A DNA stretch of 64,000 nucleotides from Cetorhinus maximus (GCF_964194155.1 NC_135880.1:190030001-190094000), one strand, 5' to 3'; counted from the first letter of the stretch, positions 50,498 to 64,000 are shown. Notes: generated by a model from the letters alone, not told the origin. Numbers and translations are program-made.

Positions 50498-51933
50498 GGC
50501 CAGATTTGCAGTCAATTCTGAAAATGGACAAACATAAAGTTTAAATATGAAGTAATTTTTCCTCATATGGAAATGTTTGCACTGAGTCGAAATAAATTAG
50601 TCTGTTCAGTACTTACTCCCCATTTTAAAAAATTCTAAAGGCAGATTACAAAAAAAAACTCCTTGGCCATAATATCTGAGCTCCCCAGCATTGGACTGGG
50701 GGAGAGTCGGGGGGGTGGGGGGGTCGTCCCAAAGATGCACTGGGGAATCCCCTTCATTTCCCACAAGTACAAACTTCCTCTGAGCAATTGCCCTGCGCAG
50801 GGAACCATCCGACAATGATTTAAATTGCAAACTTCGGGTGATTCCGGCTGTGTTACACAAATAGTTACCCAGAAAAAGTTGGAAGAATTAAAACCTCTTC
50901 TGACTTCAGGGTAACTATTGGAAAGACCCAGACTGAACCCCCCCCCCCAGGAGACTCCCCCACATCCCTGACCAACCAGGGTACTCCACCCACCCCCAAT
51001 GGGACTGCCCCACACCCCCCCATTAACCACTCCCTCCCTCCCCTCCATACTATTCCTCACCACCCCCTGCCTACTTCTCATGGTATTCCACTCAACCTGA
51101 CTGGACCCTTGCCACAGGACAGACACCCCCTCCCAACCTGACCGGACCCCTGACATCCCGACCACCCCCCACCAACCTGACTGGACCCTACCTCCGACCC
51201 TGGCCCCACAGGCCTGACTGCGCACCCCCCCCACACACACCCGACCTCTGATGAAGTCCAAGGTCCGTCCCCTTCCCCCCAAGGTTCCACACCCCCAGCA
51301 CCCCCACCCTTACCCACCCGAGGTTCAACCTACCCAAGGTCTGTCCACCATGCTTCCCGACCTATCCAACCCTCCCACCCTCCCCGAAGTCTGACCCACC
51401 CCACCCGCACATTCGAGGTCCGACTATCCCACTCCCACACCCCCACCCGAGGTCCAACCCACCCAAGCTCTGAACACCCCACCCCTCCTAGCTCTGACCC
51501 TCTTTACCCCCTCCAGACCACCAAGCACCTCCACCGCACCCCCCCGACCTCCGAAACCCCCATCCCCCACCCTCCCGACCTCCGATTTCCCCTCCTCCCC
51601 ACCCCCCCCCCCCATCCTATCCACTTACCTGAGAGACTTACCTACTCCCTGGCCTGTCAATTTCAATCGGGTATTTAAACTTACCTGGTTTACGGCAGCT
51701 AGTGCTGTAAAAAAGGGGCTGTGTCCTTCTTCACTCTGATGGAGCTGGACTGCGATGCTGGGCTGCGCTTTCTGGATCTCGTCTGAGTCAGAAGGTCGGG
51801 TGAGACACGCAGGCAAGAAAACCCTCAAAGGTAACGGCACAGAATGGCAATCCGATGCTGACTGCCACTCTGAGGTCCGGTCGGCTTTTCCTGCCAGTAC
51901 AAATATTTTGAGAAACCTTCTGCAATCTTGGGT
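50498..51933. mobile_element. Probable non-autonomous DNA element with a C-rich interior (about 50930-51620)
   Basis: Imperfect inverted ends CCAGATTTGCAG/CTGCAATCTTGG. Confidence 0.45.
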
Positions 51934-52440
51934 TTGAATTTCTATCGGCTTTGTCGAGATTCATCATGATAACTTTGGTGCACAGAGCCCTCAGGAACAG
52001 CATAAAGGAAGTTCCTGAAAATTTGCCAACCAAGTTACCACAAATGATCATGAGAACACCCGCAGAAATTAATGACAACATCACAATGACGTTGCCATGT
52101 GTTCTTGGCAAAAATCAAGAGGTTTTGTTTTTACAAAAAGAAAATCGAATTGCAGGATGTAATTGCAAACACTGGTAAAAATGTTAGCGTCCATGTCAGA
52201 AAGGCAGAACTTAACTTATTCCATTGTCATAAAGCCATTGCCCTGGCAGATGCATGTAATCATGGCTGTTCTTAAGTCAATTTGGAGAGAAAAAAAATCA
52301 AAAGGGATAAAGGAATGTTGGTCTGTCACTGAAGGTGCTGGATTTAGAAGGAGGAGAAAGTTATACTTCCATTTTACAGGGCCCTGGTCAGATTCCATTT
52401 GGAACACTGAGTTCAGTTTTAAGCACTGAATCTCAGGGAG

Positions 52441-52576
52441 AGATCTGAAGAAGGGTCATATGGACTTGAAACATTAACTTTGTTTCTCTCTGCATAGATG
52501 CTGTCAGGCCTGCTGAGTTTTCCCAGCATTTTCTGTTTTAGTTTCAGATTTCCAGCAACCGCAGTATTTTGCATTT
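52441..52576 (+). mobile_element. PLE terminal fragment with hammerhead-like motif, inside a CR1 remnant
   Basis: CTGAAGA-AGGGTC-ATATG-GACTT-GAAAC; flanked by a duplicated ATCTCAGG. Confidence 0.7.
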
Positions 52577-53949
52577 ATCTCAGGAATGATCTGTTGACTA
52601 TGGGGGGCACAGAATCATAGCAATTATCATGGTGAATTTTCAGGCCAGCTTTCATAAACTTGGCATGCATTCCCCTTTAGTATAGAAGATCAAGGAGTGA
52701 CTTAAGATATTACAAGTGATAAAATAATTAGATAGGGTTAGAAACATAAGCTATTTTCTCTGATAGGGGAATTCAGAACAAGAGGACACTATTTTAATAT
52801 TAGTGCTGAACCATTGAGGACTGAAATCAGGGATCAGTTTTTCACATGAGGGGTAGCAAAAGTCTGGAATTCTGTGACCTAAAAGCCAGTGGATGCTGGG
52901 TCAATTGAAAATTTTACGGCTAAAGGATGAATTTTATGGTGGGGGGGTGGTGGTCGTAAGGAGGTATCACTTGCTCCACTCTCTGTTAAAAAAAAGTCAG
53001 CTCCAAACCGACCGACTTTAAAAAAAGGCCCATCTGTAGACGAGAGTGGGACCTCCGCCCCTCAGTAGAAGGAAGTCCCACCCGCGACCATTCCGGCCAA
53101 TCTGATTGGCAACTCTTGCCGTCCTTGCAGCGCCAGAACTCAGTAGTGGGCACTGCTGGGGCTGTATAAGCAGTTGCACAAAGAAGATGGCATAGATGCC
53201 GGAGTGTGATGGATCCAGCCCTCTGGGGCATGGAGGGATCAGACACCCTAGGAAAGATTGGGAAGGGGTGTGTGGGTGGGATTTTGGAGGCTGGGGGTGG
53301 AGGGAAGGGGAAGCACAAAGGGCTGGATACCATCTTAGTGGGGGGAGGTACCCTCGGTACACACAGGGCACCCCTTGAAGGAGGTATCCCACCTTTCTTC
53401 TCGAGTTTTCAGATCAGAAGATGAAAAAGCATGCTTCCCACTCTTATCCACCTTCCTGCTCTTATGCAGAGAGGAGACAGTAAAATCCACCCCTGAATTT
53501 ACATTTTTAGTAGGTAAAGGGATATGAATCAAAGACAGGTAAATGAGGTTGAACTACTGATGAACCATCAACCAATGGAATGGCTGGAGGGACTTAATGT
53601 CCTATTCCTATTACCATGGCCCTAAGGTCTTCCTAAATTTAGGGTGATGTTAATCTTTTCAGTGTTGTCAGTTCTTTAAGGCAGGCATGCATTAGAATGT
53701 AATTTTCCTGCATGGCGATTTGCATAGATATTGGAACACTTCTCACCACTGAACTGTGGAAAGAAAGCAATGAAGCAGCCAAAGAGCAGCTAATGGGATT
53801 TATTGTGGGCTCCAGTTGGCACAGAGTGATCCTGGAAGTGTTAAATAAGGTGGAACCTATCCAGTTTTGGACCGGGGAGTTTAGTTTTTGAGTAGGTCTC
53901 CTGCAAATTGCTAAAATATAAACCTGACTCAAAAAACTGATTTAAAAAT

Positions 53950-56430
53950 CTTTCTACCACTTAGCCCAATGCTTCACAAAATGAATGACCAGTGTAAATG
54001 CACTCCCAAGAGTGTCTTCTGGCCTGTGGCTCCTTGTAATGATGAGCAGTGTTCGTGTCACTCAGATGTGAAATCTTGGTTCCTGCACAAAGTGAAGGCA
54101 AGTGTCACAATCCAGGACCTTTTGAGCACAGAGATTGTCTGGCTTCAAACTCACTCTCCTGATCAGTGATGCGTGCACCTTGATGTGGATTGTGTTTGCT
54201 GCAAGAATCTCGTACCCAAGTGTCACTGGGCTCCATGAAGTTCTCTGTGTGCTCTCAGCACCTTAGAGGCGGGGCTGCCCCCCATCTCTGTACCATTCCT
54301 GACAGGTGAAGGCGTGGTGCTGCAGGGAACAGGTGATGAAGTCTGCGAAAGGATCAAGTTGTCTTAAAGTCCATGTGGTCACTGTCTCTCAGCAGCGTCT
54401 CCATGATATGAGCCTCTTCACAGAACATATGTGCGCTGCCCTCAGCCAGACAGGTGCCAGACGTTCCCAGATGCAATGTGAAGATCTCAGGAGTGTCCTC
54501 ACTGCATCTTGTCATCATCCTCCTGCAATCTTGCGGCAATGAGGGTCACGCGACAATGCCTGCCTTGTCTGGCCAGCGCAATGGCCTCATTGCCTGCACC
54601 CTCACCTTTCAAGACCTCATCCCCTTTGACTTCCTCCTCATCAGAGGAGACAAGGAGGTCTTGCATTTCCTCATCATACAGGTCCACTCAACATTGCATC
54701 GCCAGGTTGTGTAGCATGCAGCAAGGCACGATGATGCGCGAAACTCTCTGGGGAGTGTACTGGAGTGCTCCACCAGATCTGTCAAGACACTGGAACCTCA
54801 TTTTCAGGATGCCAGTAGTGCGCTCTACCAAACTCCGGGTTGCGGCATGAGCCTCGTGGTACCTTCCCTCAGAAGCTGTCTGAGGCTGCCACATGGGCAT
54901 CATCAGGCATGTCCTTTGTGGGTAGCCCTCGTCCCTGAGGAACCAGCCCTGCAGCTTGCGCTGTCTCTGGAAGATGTCAGAGATCTGAGACCTGCAGAGG
55001 ATGTACAAGTCATTGATACTTCCGAGGTATCTTGCACAAACCTGCATGATCAGTTTATTATGGTCGCAGACCAGCTGAATATTGAGAGTGGAAGCCTTTG
55101 GGGTTCACATACTGGACTGCTTGTTGCCAGGGAGATTTAAGAGCCACATGAGTACAGTCGATGGCACCCTGCACCTGTGGGAATCTGGAAATCTCAGCAA
55201 TTCCCAGTGTTCTTGCTTCTTGGCTCGCCTGATCTCTGCCGAAGTTGAGAAAGTTGTGTGCCTTGGCAAAAAGGGTGTCCATAACCTCCTGGATACATTT
55301 GTAGGTGAAGGCTTGTGCGATTCTGCACAGGTCCCCAGTGGGGCCCTGGAAGGAGTGACATGCTGAAGAAATTGAGTGCAATGGTAACTTTAACTGACAC
55401 TGGCAGTGGATGCCCTCTGAGTCCCCATGGCGCCAAATCCTGCCAAACATGGCATATGTGAGTGATCAGTTCCCTTGACATGTGCAGTCATCAGCGGCAC
55501 TGGTTCTCGCTCATCTGCAGGTAGTACATGTGCAGTCTGTAAACCCTGGGTCTAGTGAGGCGCCTATGAAGGCCAAGCCGCCCCTTGGTCTTCAGGGTTC
55601 TGCTCCTCCCTTTGGTGAGCCAGTTGCCTCCATCACCTTCTTCTCCGTCTTCTCTCCTGCCCATAAGCAATGAGGCAGACAGCGAGATCACCAGACTCCA
55701 TCTTCCTGATGGTCTCCTCACTGCAGTATCAATGGGAGAGATACAAGGGTCAGCAATTGTCTCCTCAGGACCACTCATGGTCAAGTCATTGCCTGTGGCT
55801 ACCTCTCAAGATCCCTTAGCGCATGCCAGGGAGTCCACGCCACCACATGGATGCCCAGTGTTTAGTGTGCATGATGGTTGACCAAAACCCCACCCAGCAC
55901 CGCCCCACACCACATGACCGAGTGGCGATAGCTTTGGCCATTCAACTGCATCCTGAACTCTCATCTCAGGTGCAGGAATTGTCCTAACCTGCACTCCAAG
56001 GCTCCACAGTTTACTTGAACATTGAGGGCGACTTTAATGCCTACTTAAATATAACGTGAGGGATTAGGAGCGCACTCCTCCATCAGTGTTCCATGGCCAC
56101 CTTTCCCAAATGGATCCTCAGGCTTGCCCAGCTGCCCAATGGTTCTGCAGCACTTATTCGAGTTTGAAGTGTGTGCGCGAGGGGTTAAAAGTAGAGAAGC
56201 AATCATTGGCACTCTCAGGGATTAGTGCAGCTTGAGTGGGCACATTTGCTTGACTAACCTGACTCCAAGAATGTCCGATGGCAGGAAATGCGCTCCACCA
56301 TTGATGGGGGAGGGAACAATCACTTCCTGGATTTATGTTGCAGGGAAACGTGCTTCAAGCTTTCTCATGAGATTTTCCAGTCTCACCACTGAGCACGTCT
56401 GCCCTGATCGGGCGCAAAAATATCCCGGCT
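53950..56430 (-). mobile_element. Harbinger transposon remnant with near full-length degenerate transposase (about 54530-55720, - strand)
   Basis: HPLPVSVKVTIALNFF, FPQVQGAIDCTHVAL...NPKGFHS, DEGYPQRTCLMMP, RSLVERTTGILKMRFQCLDRSGGALQY...CCMLHNLA. Confidence 0.85.
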
Positions 56431-56542
56431 ATTGATGAACCCTCAATCAGCTTCAATGAAATATTCTAAGCTTTTGACGAGTATTTTAATCTTTAAGTTG
56501 TGGAGTGCACAGAGCTTAAAAAGAGGGATAGAAAATCACCAG

Positions 56543-57174
56543 GGGCAAAACTTTCCCCCCGCTGGGGTGGGGAAGAGCAGGAGCGGGTAGGTTCCTGACT
56601 GGCGCCCCCCAGCATGATGTCCACCAAGAGGAGTGCTTTCTGTGCGGGGGGAGGGGGATTCCCTCAGCTGGGAATGTGTTCTTTTGTGCATTCGTGCAAA
56701 ATAGCACACCGATCTCCCTGAGGCTAAGTGCTGCCTCAGGGAAATCGACTCAGATTTTCAACGTTTAATAAAGGAGTTCAAAAATATTCCCTGCCATGTA
56801 CCCTCATGTGGCACTTTCACATGAGTTGGGACATGTCCATATCTTTTATTTAAACCTTTCATTAAAATTTACTTACCCTCATGAATTCTCATCCCGTCCG
56901 TGGATGATGTTTCATGTTTTTTCACAAGCCCGCCTGGGCTTCCGGCCTGCCCGCCAACCTTAAGGTTGGACGGGCAGGTCCATTAATGAGCTGAATTGGT
57001 TTTCTAATGGCCTCAATAGGCTGTTGACAAGTCGGCGGGCGTGCATCCGACTCAGCTGCGCCCCCGCTGAGCTGAAAATGGAAATGACGTGAGGTGACGT
57101 CGGGAGTTCCACCCGACATCACCCCGTGTCATTTTATCTGTCGGCGAGCGGGCTCCGACCAGAAGATCCTGCCC
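56543..57174. mobile_element. Family A Harbinger-type non-autonomous element
   Basis: TSD CAG; homologous to 6914-7601. Confidence 0.85.
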
Positions 57175-58535
57175 CAGGAAAGCTATGGAAGGGAAAAGAC
57201 ATTATCCGAGCATGCCACACAAGGGCACCACAGAGGCCAAGAACTTTCCAGAAGTCCCGAAAATATATCTTTTTCGGCATCATGTCATATTATCCGAACT
57301 GCAACAGCAGGTAGCAGTGCGGAGTGAACAGCTGAATGCGAATGAAGGAAAGTTATGTAATGGAATCCAAAATGCACAAACCCTGTAAAAGGAAAATGAA
57401 ATAAGGTTGTAAAATGTTCGCTGCAAAGTTGAATTGGAAGGCTTGAAACACAAAATTCAAGCTGTGTATATACCTTTGAAAACCCATGATAAAATAAAGC
57501 CTTCAATGAGCCATGCTGTTTGAGATCTGAACAAACTAATTTCTGAGGCATCACAAAGATACCAGGAGGAAATGACAACTCTGAATTCCAATGTTGGCAA
57601 ATCAAAGTGAAAGTTGGGAAAACGCAGCCAGAAATACAGCCAGGCACCACAGCAGGCAGAAAATGCACTCAAAGAAGTTATGGCCTTGGAAGTTCTGAAG
57701 AACCAATTGGCAGAGAAGGCTCATAAATGCTTTACATTCCAGGAGAAAGCCAGGAAGTACAAGAAAGAAACGACAGATCTCAAGAAAATTGTTGGATATT
57801 TGGAAGAAAACTTGGGAAAACATTACATTTCCAAAAATATATATGAGATGAAAATTAAGAACCTAGAATGGCAAGAGCAAGGAGGACTTCTCACAAAAGA
57901 ATAGTCTCGGAAACAATTGGCAGGAGTGCAGTTACAGAATGTGAGCATGATGGATAGCGCAGAGGAATTATGCTCTGCTAAAAAAAAAAACTGATCAGCA
58001 TAGAGAACCAATGCGCACTTAAGAAAGAGTTTGTAAAGGGAAAATGAGAACTGATGAGAACACTGTGGAGTGTCATTAATAGGAAATAGAGCACTTGAAA
58101 GAGGACTTCAAACGCTTAAATGACAAACTTGCAGAAGCAAATTCAACAAAGATACATCTTAAATTAAATTTGATGAACTTAGGCATCACAAGTCTCTAGA
58201 AAGCATTGTGTAAAATGTCTGTAACAGGTGAAGGAATTGCTGATACATCAGAGCAGTTGCTTGAAAGCAGAATTAACAGCCAAAATTGATGAACTGCTTG
58301 AACTTTGGTCCAATCTGGACAACATGAAGGTTGAGATACACGATATGAAAGAGCAATCAGAGAAATTCTACAAAACAGACTGATGATCTAACGAGTGAAT
58401 TGAAAGAGTCTAAGGAGCAGTCAGTGACCATTGAAGAAAGAGTCCAAACAGAACAGAATGCCCAGGTCAAGTTTTCAAACTTATATAAGAGTTCCACAGA
58501 TAACTCTGAAATGAAAACAACTGAACTTACTAGAG

Positions 58536-58692
58536 ATAAAAGCAAAGAACTGCAGATGCTGGAAATCCAAAACAAAAACAGAACAGTTCTGCTGAAGGGT
58601 CATGAGGACTCGAAACGTCAACTGTGCACTTCTCCGCTGATGCTGCCAGACCTCCTGAGTTTTTCCAGGTATTTCTGTTTCTGTTTTTGTTT
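58536..58692. mobile_element. Mini inverted PLE-end insertion
   Basis: Same termini as 11151-13370; 14-bp TSD TGAACTTAC(T/C)AGAG. Confidence 0.8.
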
Positions 58693-59226
58693 TGAACTTA
58701 CCAGAGTTGTTGCTGAGCTGAATGAAAAGATTCATAAGCTCAAAAAACAACTGGATAAGAGGAAACTAGTCAAAAAGTTGGGTAAAATTGTGAAACAAGT
58801 GGGAAAAAGGGATTCATTTTTGAAACATAAGCTTCCACATACCTCACAACACCCCACATGATGACAGAAGCGGTGAAAGAAATGACAAGAGCACAATGTT
58901 CGTCCACCCTTCAAGAAACGCATTAGAATAGCAACCACCGATCAGCGCAACAACCACACTGAACAAGGGCAGTTCAACGTGAAAGAATGGAAGAAAAGAA
59001 TGAAAATATACAAAGATGCCAGAACAATCTGCAAACCTACAGGGGGAAGCAGCAGCGACAGAACATACGACTCCCCTGATAGGAGTCCGAATGAGATATA
59101 GAAGGGTTATAAGACCTACAGACTATCTGAACCTTTGAATTCAAGGACTTCAAGGGGGGAGATAAGGTAGTGATAATGTAGTAATGACAATGTAAATGTA
59201 TGATAGTAATAACAATGTAAGACATA

Positions 59227-59728
59227 GGCCAGGATTTCCCATTCAGCGAGCGGGGGTGGGCAGGGCGGAACTCTCGACGTCAGCCCGCCCCATTTCAATT
59301 TTCAGGTCGGTGGGGGCGCAGCCGAATCAGCTGTGCGCCCCCCCGACCTGTCAATGGCCTATTGAGGCCATTGACAAAGTAATTAATGTAATTAGTGGAC
59401 CTGCCCGTCCAACCTCGAGGTTGGAGGGCAGGCCGGGAGCCCTGGTGGGCATTAGAAAAAGCATGAAACCTCATCCACGGGCGGGATGAGCTTTCATGTA
59501 TGTTTATAAATTTTTAATAAAAGTGAAATTGAAAGTGATGGGCATGTCCCAATGCATGTGACAGTGTCACATGAGAGGACATGGCAGGGAAATAGATGTC
59601 ACGCTGGGTGGGCCTTAATTGGCCCACCTACGTAAAATGGCGGTGTGCCCCCGATTGGGGGCGCCGATCGGAGGCACGCCTGCACGTGCCCGCTCTTGAA
59701 CTTCCCCGACGGGGGGAAAATTCTGCCC
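59227..59728. mobile_element. Family A Harbinger-type element (inverted) inside the LTR
   Basis: TIR GGCCAGGATTT/AAATTCTGCCC; TSD ATA. Confidence 0.85.
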
Positions 59729-61449
59729 ATAAGATAAACTATAATCACTTCAAATACAGTGGACAAAGACTTGAGGATGTGTAGTATAAGGATCTAACAC
59801 ATATAAGGTTAATGGGAGACCGAGTACAGTACTGTCCACACAATGATGTAAGAAAGCACGTGACCCACACCCAAGGCCAGTCAAGTGTTGGACAGAGCTG
59901 TGTGTACTAGCAAGCATGGAGATAGCTTCTAGCCTGTATCATTTACTGTATATTTGTAAATAGCTGTAAGAGTCAATAAAGACTTACAGTTAACCTACTT
60001 ATGATTACAAAGACTTCTTCAGATCTGTACTGAACTGTAACCAATACCCTACGACAGAACCCAGAGAATCCAGCTCAGAGGTAGGGACGCTACCATTGTG
60101 CCATAAGACCTAGCCAGGAGTATATCTAATTAAAAACTGGGATCTTGGAAAACTTAAGTTATTTCTATTGTAGAATTAAATTTATCAAATTATGATGCTT
60201 CCTGAATTTATTTCCCCCTCCCCTACCCACTTCCAGGCTGAAGACAGCTGGCTACTTTACATCTCACCAAACACTTTGCCTTGACTTGATGCATTTCAGA
60301 TAAAAAGCCAGTAGCCTGTTCTAAGTGTTTTCTACTTGCTTTGAAATGAGCTTTGCATATCAACAATAATATGCATCTGATCTAGCCTGGGGAAATCAAG
60401 CTGGCTTAAATTTAAAGTGACTGGTCAAATCTTTTAGGTAATGATAATTAGACAAATATATCAATTGTCTTATTATTAAAAAATTGATACAATTATTTAA
60501 TTGTTGCAGAAGAGTTCCTACCTGAAATATTAAACTGTGTCACTAAACCATTTTTCTCAGATTCCAGTATCGCAGCTTATTTTTATTGGCAATTGGCCTA
60601 AAATCCCAGTAAAAATGAGTAATACAGGCACCAGTTCCATTTTAAGATATACAAAACCAGTTGGGATAGGGGTTTTACTGGTACCCTTCATTTGCCAGTT
60701 TAACTGGCTTTTCCACTGAAGCTGTCAGGGGCAAAAACAGTATTGGGAAAGTGGAAAATTCTTCAGATGCATTTGAGTACGTTATCCACTGCTTTGTGTG
60801 TGTGGCAGTTCACTCAGGGCGTCTGAGTTGATGTGGCAACAGGCACTTTTACATGCATGTTGTAGTCTGGAGCTATTGTTAGTGATGGGAGACACTGCAA
60901 CATTCTTTCCAAAGCATCGTTGATCAGGATTCTCTCCCACTCTTACCGCCTGCCATTGGCATGTTTTGGAAGAATTTGCAGCTTGAATCTCAACCTGTTG
61001 GTCATGTTATGAAAGCACCTTCCTTGGCCATTACGTCCCGCTGAACAGAGGCCCATACAATGTGACCCCCACCCTCCTCAAAGAGCCTCCCTGCCTGGTC
61101 CTGGCGAAACTTCTCCATTCACCTTGGAGTCTGGCCTCCAGCAACGATTCTTGGGGGGGTTGGGGATGTGGGGAGTGGGTGGGTGGGGTTGGTGAGACTA
61201 GCTACAGTCCCAGTCGTGGCCACTGCTCCCTGTGGCGCTGCTGAGACTGGAGAGCTGTCAGGGGCAGGAAGCTATCCTGGATAGGGGTGGAAGTCAAAAC
61301 CTGAGCCGCATTACAGTCAGCCAGCTGTAAAATCTGGTCAGGACTTCCAGGCCAAGTGGGGGTGAGCACACCTCTAACTTTTCAGCCAGAGGGCACAGCC
61401 ACCACCTCTGCAAAAAATTCCAGCCATTGTTTCGAAATCCTCACCCACC

Positions 61450-62900
61450 TCTCACGGTAAAGTGACTGACCTGAAGTTACTAGCAATAACCTCACACCTC
61501 TTCTTGAATAAGGATCTCACATAATCGTCTGACATCTTCCGCATATTGAGGGAAGGTTGGAAGGTTATGGCAAGTCTTTCTCCTATTTCTATTCTCACTT
61601 CTTTTAGCAACCTAGGATGCAAACCATCTGGACCAGCCACCATGTCCATTCTAAGCATAGCCAGCCTTTCTAGTACATCCTTCAGCTCAATTTTCACCCC
61701 ATTCCTTATCTCTACCATTTTTGCATCTATTGATATTCTATCAGTCTCCTCTTCCTTAGTAAACACTGATATAAAGCATTCAATAAATATTCTAGCCTTG
61801 CGTTGCGTTTCTTTATCCCAAAAAGGAGCCACCCGGTCTCTTGCACATACTATTTAGACATAGGTAGAGGATTTTTGGGTTCACTTTAAGTTAACTGCCA
61901 TTCTATTCTCATATTCTCCCTTTGGCTTATTTTCCTCTTCACTTCCCCTCTTAACTTATTGTATTTGCCCGGTTCTCACTTGAAAAGTTCCCTTGACATG
62001 CATCATACACCCTCTTTTTCTTTGTCATCTAAGGAGCCCTGGCTTTGTTTCCCTTATGTTTCAAACTTTTTGGAATGTTCCTAGCCTATACCTAAAACAT
62101 CTCCTCCTTAAAGATCAACCATTGTTCTGTTGCAGATTTTCCTGTCAGTCGTTGGTTCCATTTTACCCTGGCTAGGTCCCCCCTCATTCCATTGCAGTTA
62201 ATTTGGAATTGAAAGCTAGTTTAGTAATGTTAACCATGAAACTATCATTGGTTGTCATAAAAACCTATCTGGATCACCAACAGTCTTTAAGGAAGGAAAT
62301 CTGTCATCTTTACCCGGTCTGACCTACATGTGACTGTAGACCCACAGCAATGTAACTGCTATCAAAGGGCAATTCTGGATGGGCAACAAATGCTGCCCTT
62401 GCCAGCAACACCAGCATCTCATGGATGAACAAAAAAGAAATCTCTTTCTCTTTAGAAGTTCTACTTTAGATTGTTCCTTGCTCTTGTTCATACCCTTTTT
62501 GCTTTTCCACTCTCAACAAATGGACTGTCTTTGCTCGCTCAAAGACATCCTCTCTTTCCAATATTCCAATGTCTTCCCTAATCAGTACTGCAACTCACCT
62601 TTTTTTCTTCACTATCTTTTTTGAACATATTTTATCCTAGTGCTCACTATTTTAAAGTTAAATTTCAATTATCGCCATGATATCATATTCCCACACAGCT
62701 CTTTGTGTTTGTCATCTCACCAATCTTACCCACCACACATTGTGCGTTTACATACATGCATTCTAAACCTGTCTTTGTATTCATTGTAGTCTTGTCTCTG
62801 CTTGTACCCGATATAGAACTACTTCCTTCTTTAGTACTCTCCAACACTCCCACTCTTTTGTGTACCTTATTCCTCATGCCTACTTCTGTATCCTAGTACC
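61450..62900 (-). mobile_element. Old CR1 LINE ORF2 remnant with a nested SINE (about 62210-62440)
   Basis: FISVFTKEE...GPDGLHPRLLKEV; LECMYVNAQ (endonuclease start). Confidence 0.75.
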
Positions 62901-62919
62901 CATCTCTCTTTTTATGAAT

Positions 62920-63530
62920 TTATTCATTCATGGGATGTGGGTATCACTGGCTGTGCCAGCATTTACTGCCCATCCCTAATTGCCCTTGAGAAGATAGTGG
63001 TGAGCTGCCTTCTTGAACTACTGCAGCCCACGTGCTATATGAACACCCATAGTGCTGTTAGGAAAGATTTTGACCCAATGACAGTGAAGGAACAGTGAAG
63101 GCGATACAGTTCCAAGACAGGATGGTGTGTGGCTTGGAGGGAACTTGCAAGTGTTCCTATACATCTGCTGCTTTTGTCCTCCTAGGTAGTAGAAGTTGCA
63201 GGTTTGAAAGGTGCTGTTGAAGGACCCTTGGTGAGTTGCTGCAGTGCATCTTGCAGATGGTACATACTGCTGCTACTGTGTGTCAGTGGTAGAGGGAGTG
63301 AATGTTTAAGGTAGTGGATGGGGTGTCAGTCAAGTAGGCTGCTTTGACCTGAATGGTGTCAAGCTTCTTAAGTGTTGTTGGAGCTGTACTCATCCAGGCA
63401 AATGGAACGCATTCCATCACACTCCTGACTTGCACCTTGTAGATGGTGGAAAGGCTTTGGGGAGCCAGGAGGTAAGTTACACACCAAATAATTTCCGAGC
63501 CTTTGACCTGCTCTTGTAGCACAATATTTA
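62920..63530 (-). mobile_element. CR1-group LINE 3' fragment
   Basis: LSTIYKVQVRSVMECVPFAWMSTAPTTLKKLDTIQ. Confidence 0.8.
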
Positions 63531-64000
63531 TACCTTGCCATTTTAATTTGAACGCTTCCTATCCATACCAGTGAGTTTCCCTGTGAGGACATTGGCCCCA
63601 GACCTGTTGAGGTGTAACCTGTCACTTTTGAACAGGTGAATCCTGTTACGTTCTTCTTTACTTGAATGTAAACATACTAATCATACACAAGAATTGGAGA
63701 AACAATAGCATGGATTCTTTATTTGAAGATATATGCAGATAGGGTTAACTGGCTGACTAATATACACACATCTTACGCCAATCGATGATAGTTTAATGGT
63801 CACCACTATTGATGCCAGCTTTCAATTCCAGTTTCTAATTTAATTGATTTTAAATTTCAACAGCTGCCATGGCAGGATTTGAACCCATATCTCTGGAACA
63901 TTAGCCTGGGTCTCTATGTTGCTAGTCCAGTGTCATTACCACTCCGCCGCCACCTCAATTTTAATTAATACCACTAGACCACTCTGTGCCAATGCTCCTA

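Larger units (their letters stand above)
56431..60056 (+). mobile_element. Non-autonomous Gypsy-type LTR retrotransposon remnant (gag fragment, coiled-coil region, pol-like tail, PPT, 3' LTR)
   Basis: IDEPSISFNEIF*AFDEYFNL is gag-like. RMRYRRVIRPTDYLNL* is like a pol end. PPT AAGGGGGGAGA at 59152-59162. LTR 59163-60056 has AATAAA and ends in CA. Confidence 0.65.

Noticed and set aside
50635-51624. Gly-rich minus-strand ORFs
   Set aside because: Translation of a C-rich low-complexity tract.
57177-57240. Integrase zinc-binding motif (EKTLSEHATQGH)
   Set aside because: The resemblance weakens once the adjacent MITE is removed, and no CxxC or DDE core follows.

Overview
Repeat-dense eukaryotic DNA. 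The repeat mix (CR1/L2/RTE LINEs, Penelope-like elements, Harbinger transposons and MITEs, tRNA-derived SINEs) suggests a cartilaginous fish (shark); this is an inference. No intact host gene is recognisable, only one candidate minus-strand exon (24965-25102) and a 27-bp-repeat ORF (34570-36492). The main finding is a CRISPR-like repeat-spacer array at 20026-20977. Six copies of a 14-bp direct repeat TAGAAACAGTGACA (four exact, one with 1 mismatch, the last degenerate) separate five unrelated spacers. The four identifiable spacers are all sense-oriented RNA-derived fragments: two tRNA-SINE heads, an internal SURF6 mRNA fragment, and a spliced RBBP4 5' end. A second array at 16347-16792 has a related repeat (TATAAAGAGAGAC, 10/13 identical) flanking the 3' end of a Tx1-clade LINE. 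This suggests a sequence-specific Tx1-type retrotransposon that repeatedly writes cellular RNAs into the same site. All identifications are by eye from recalled family motifs; no searches were run.
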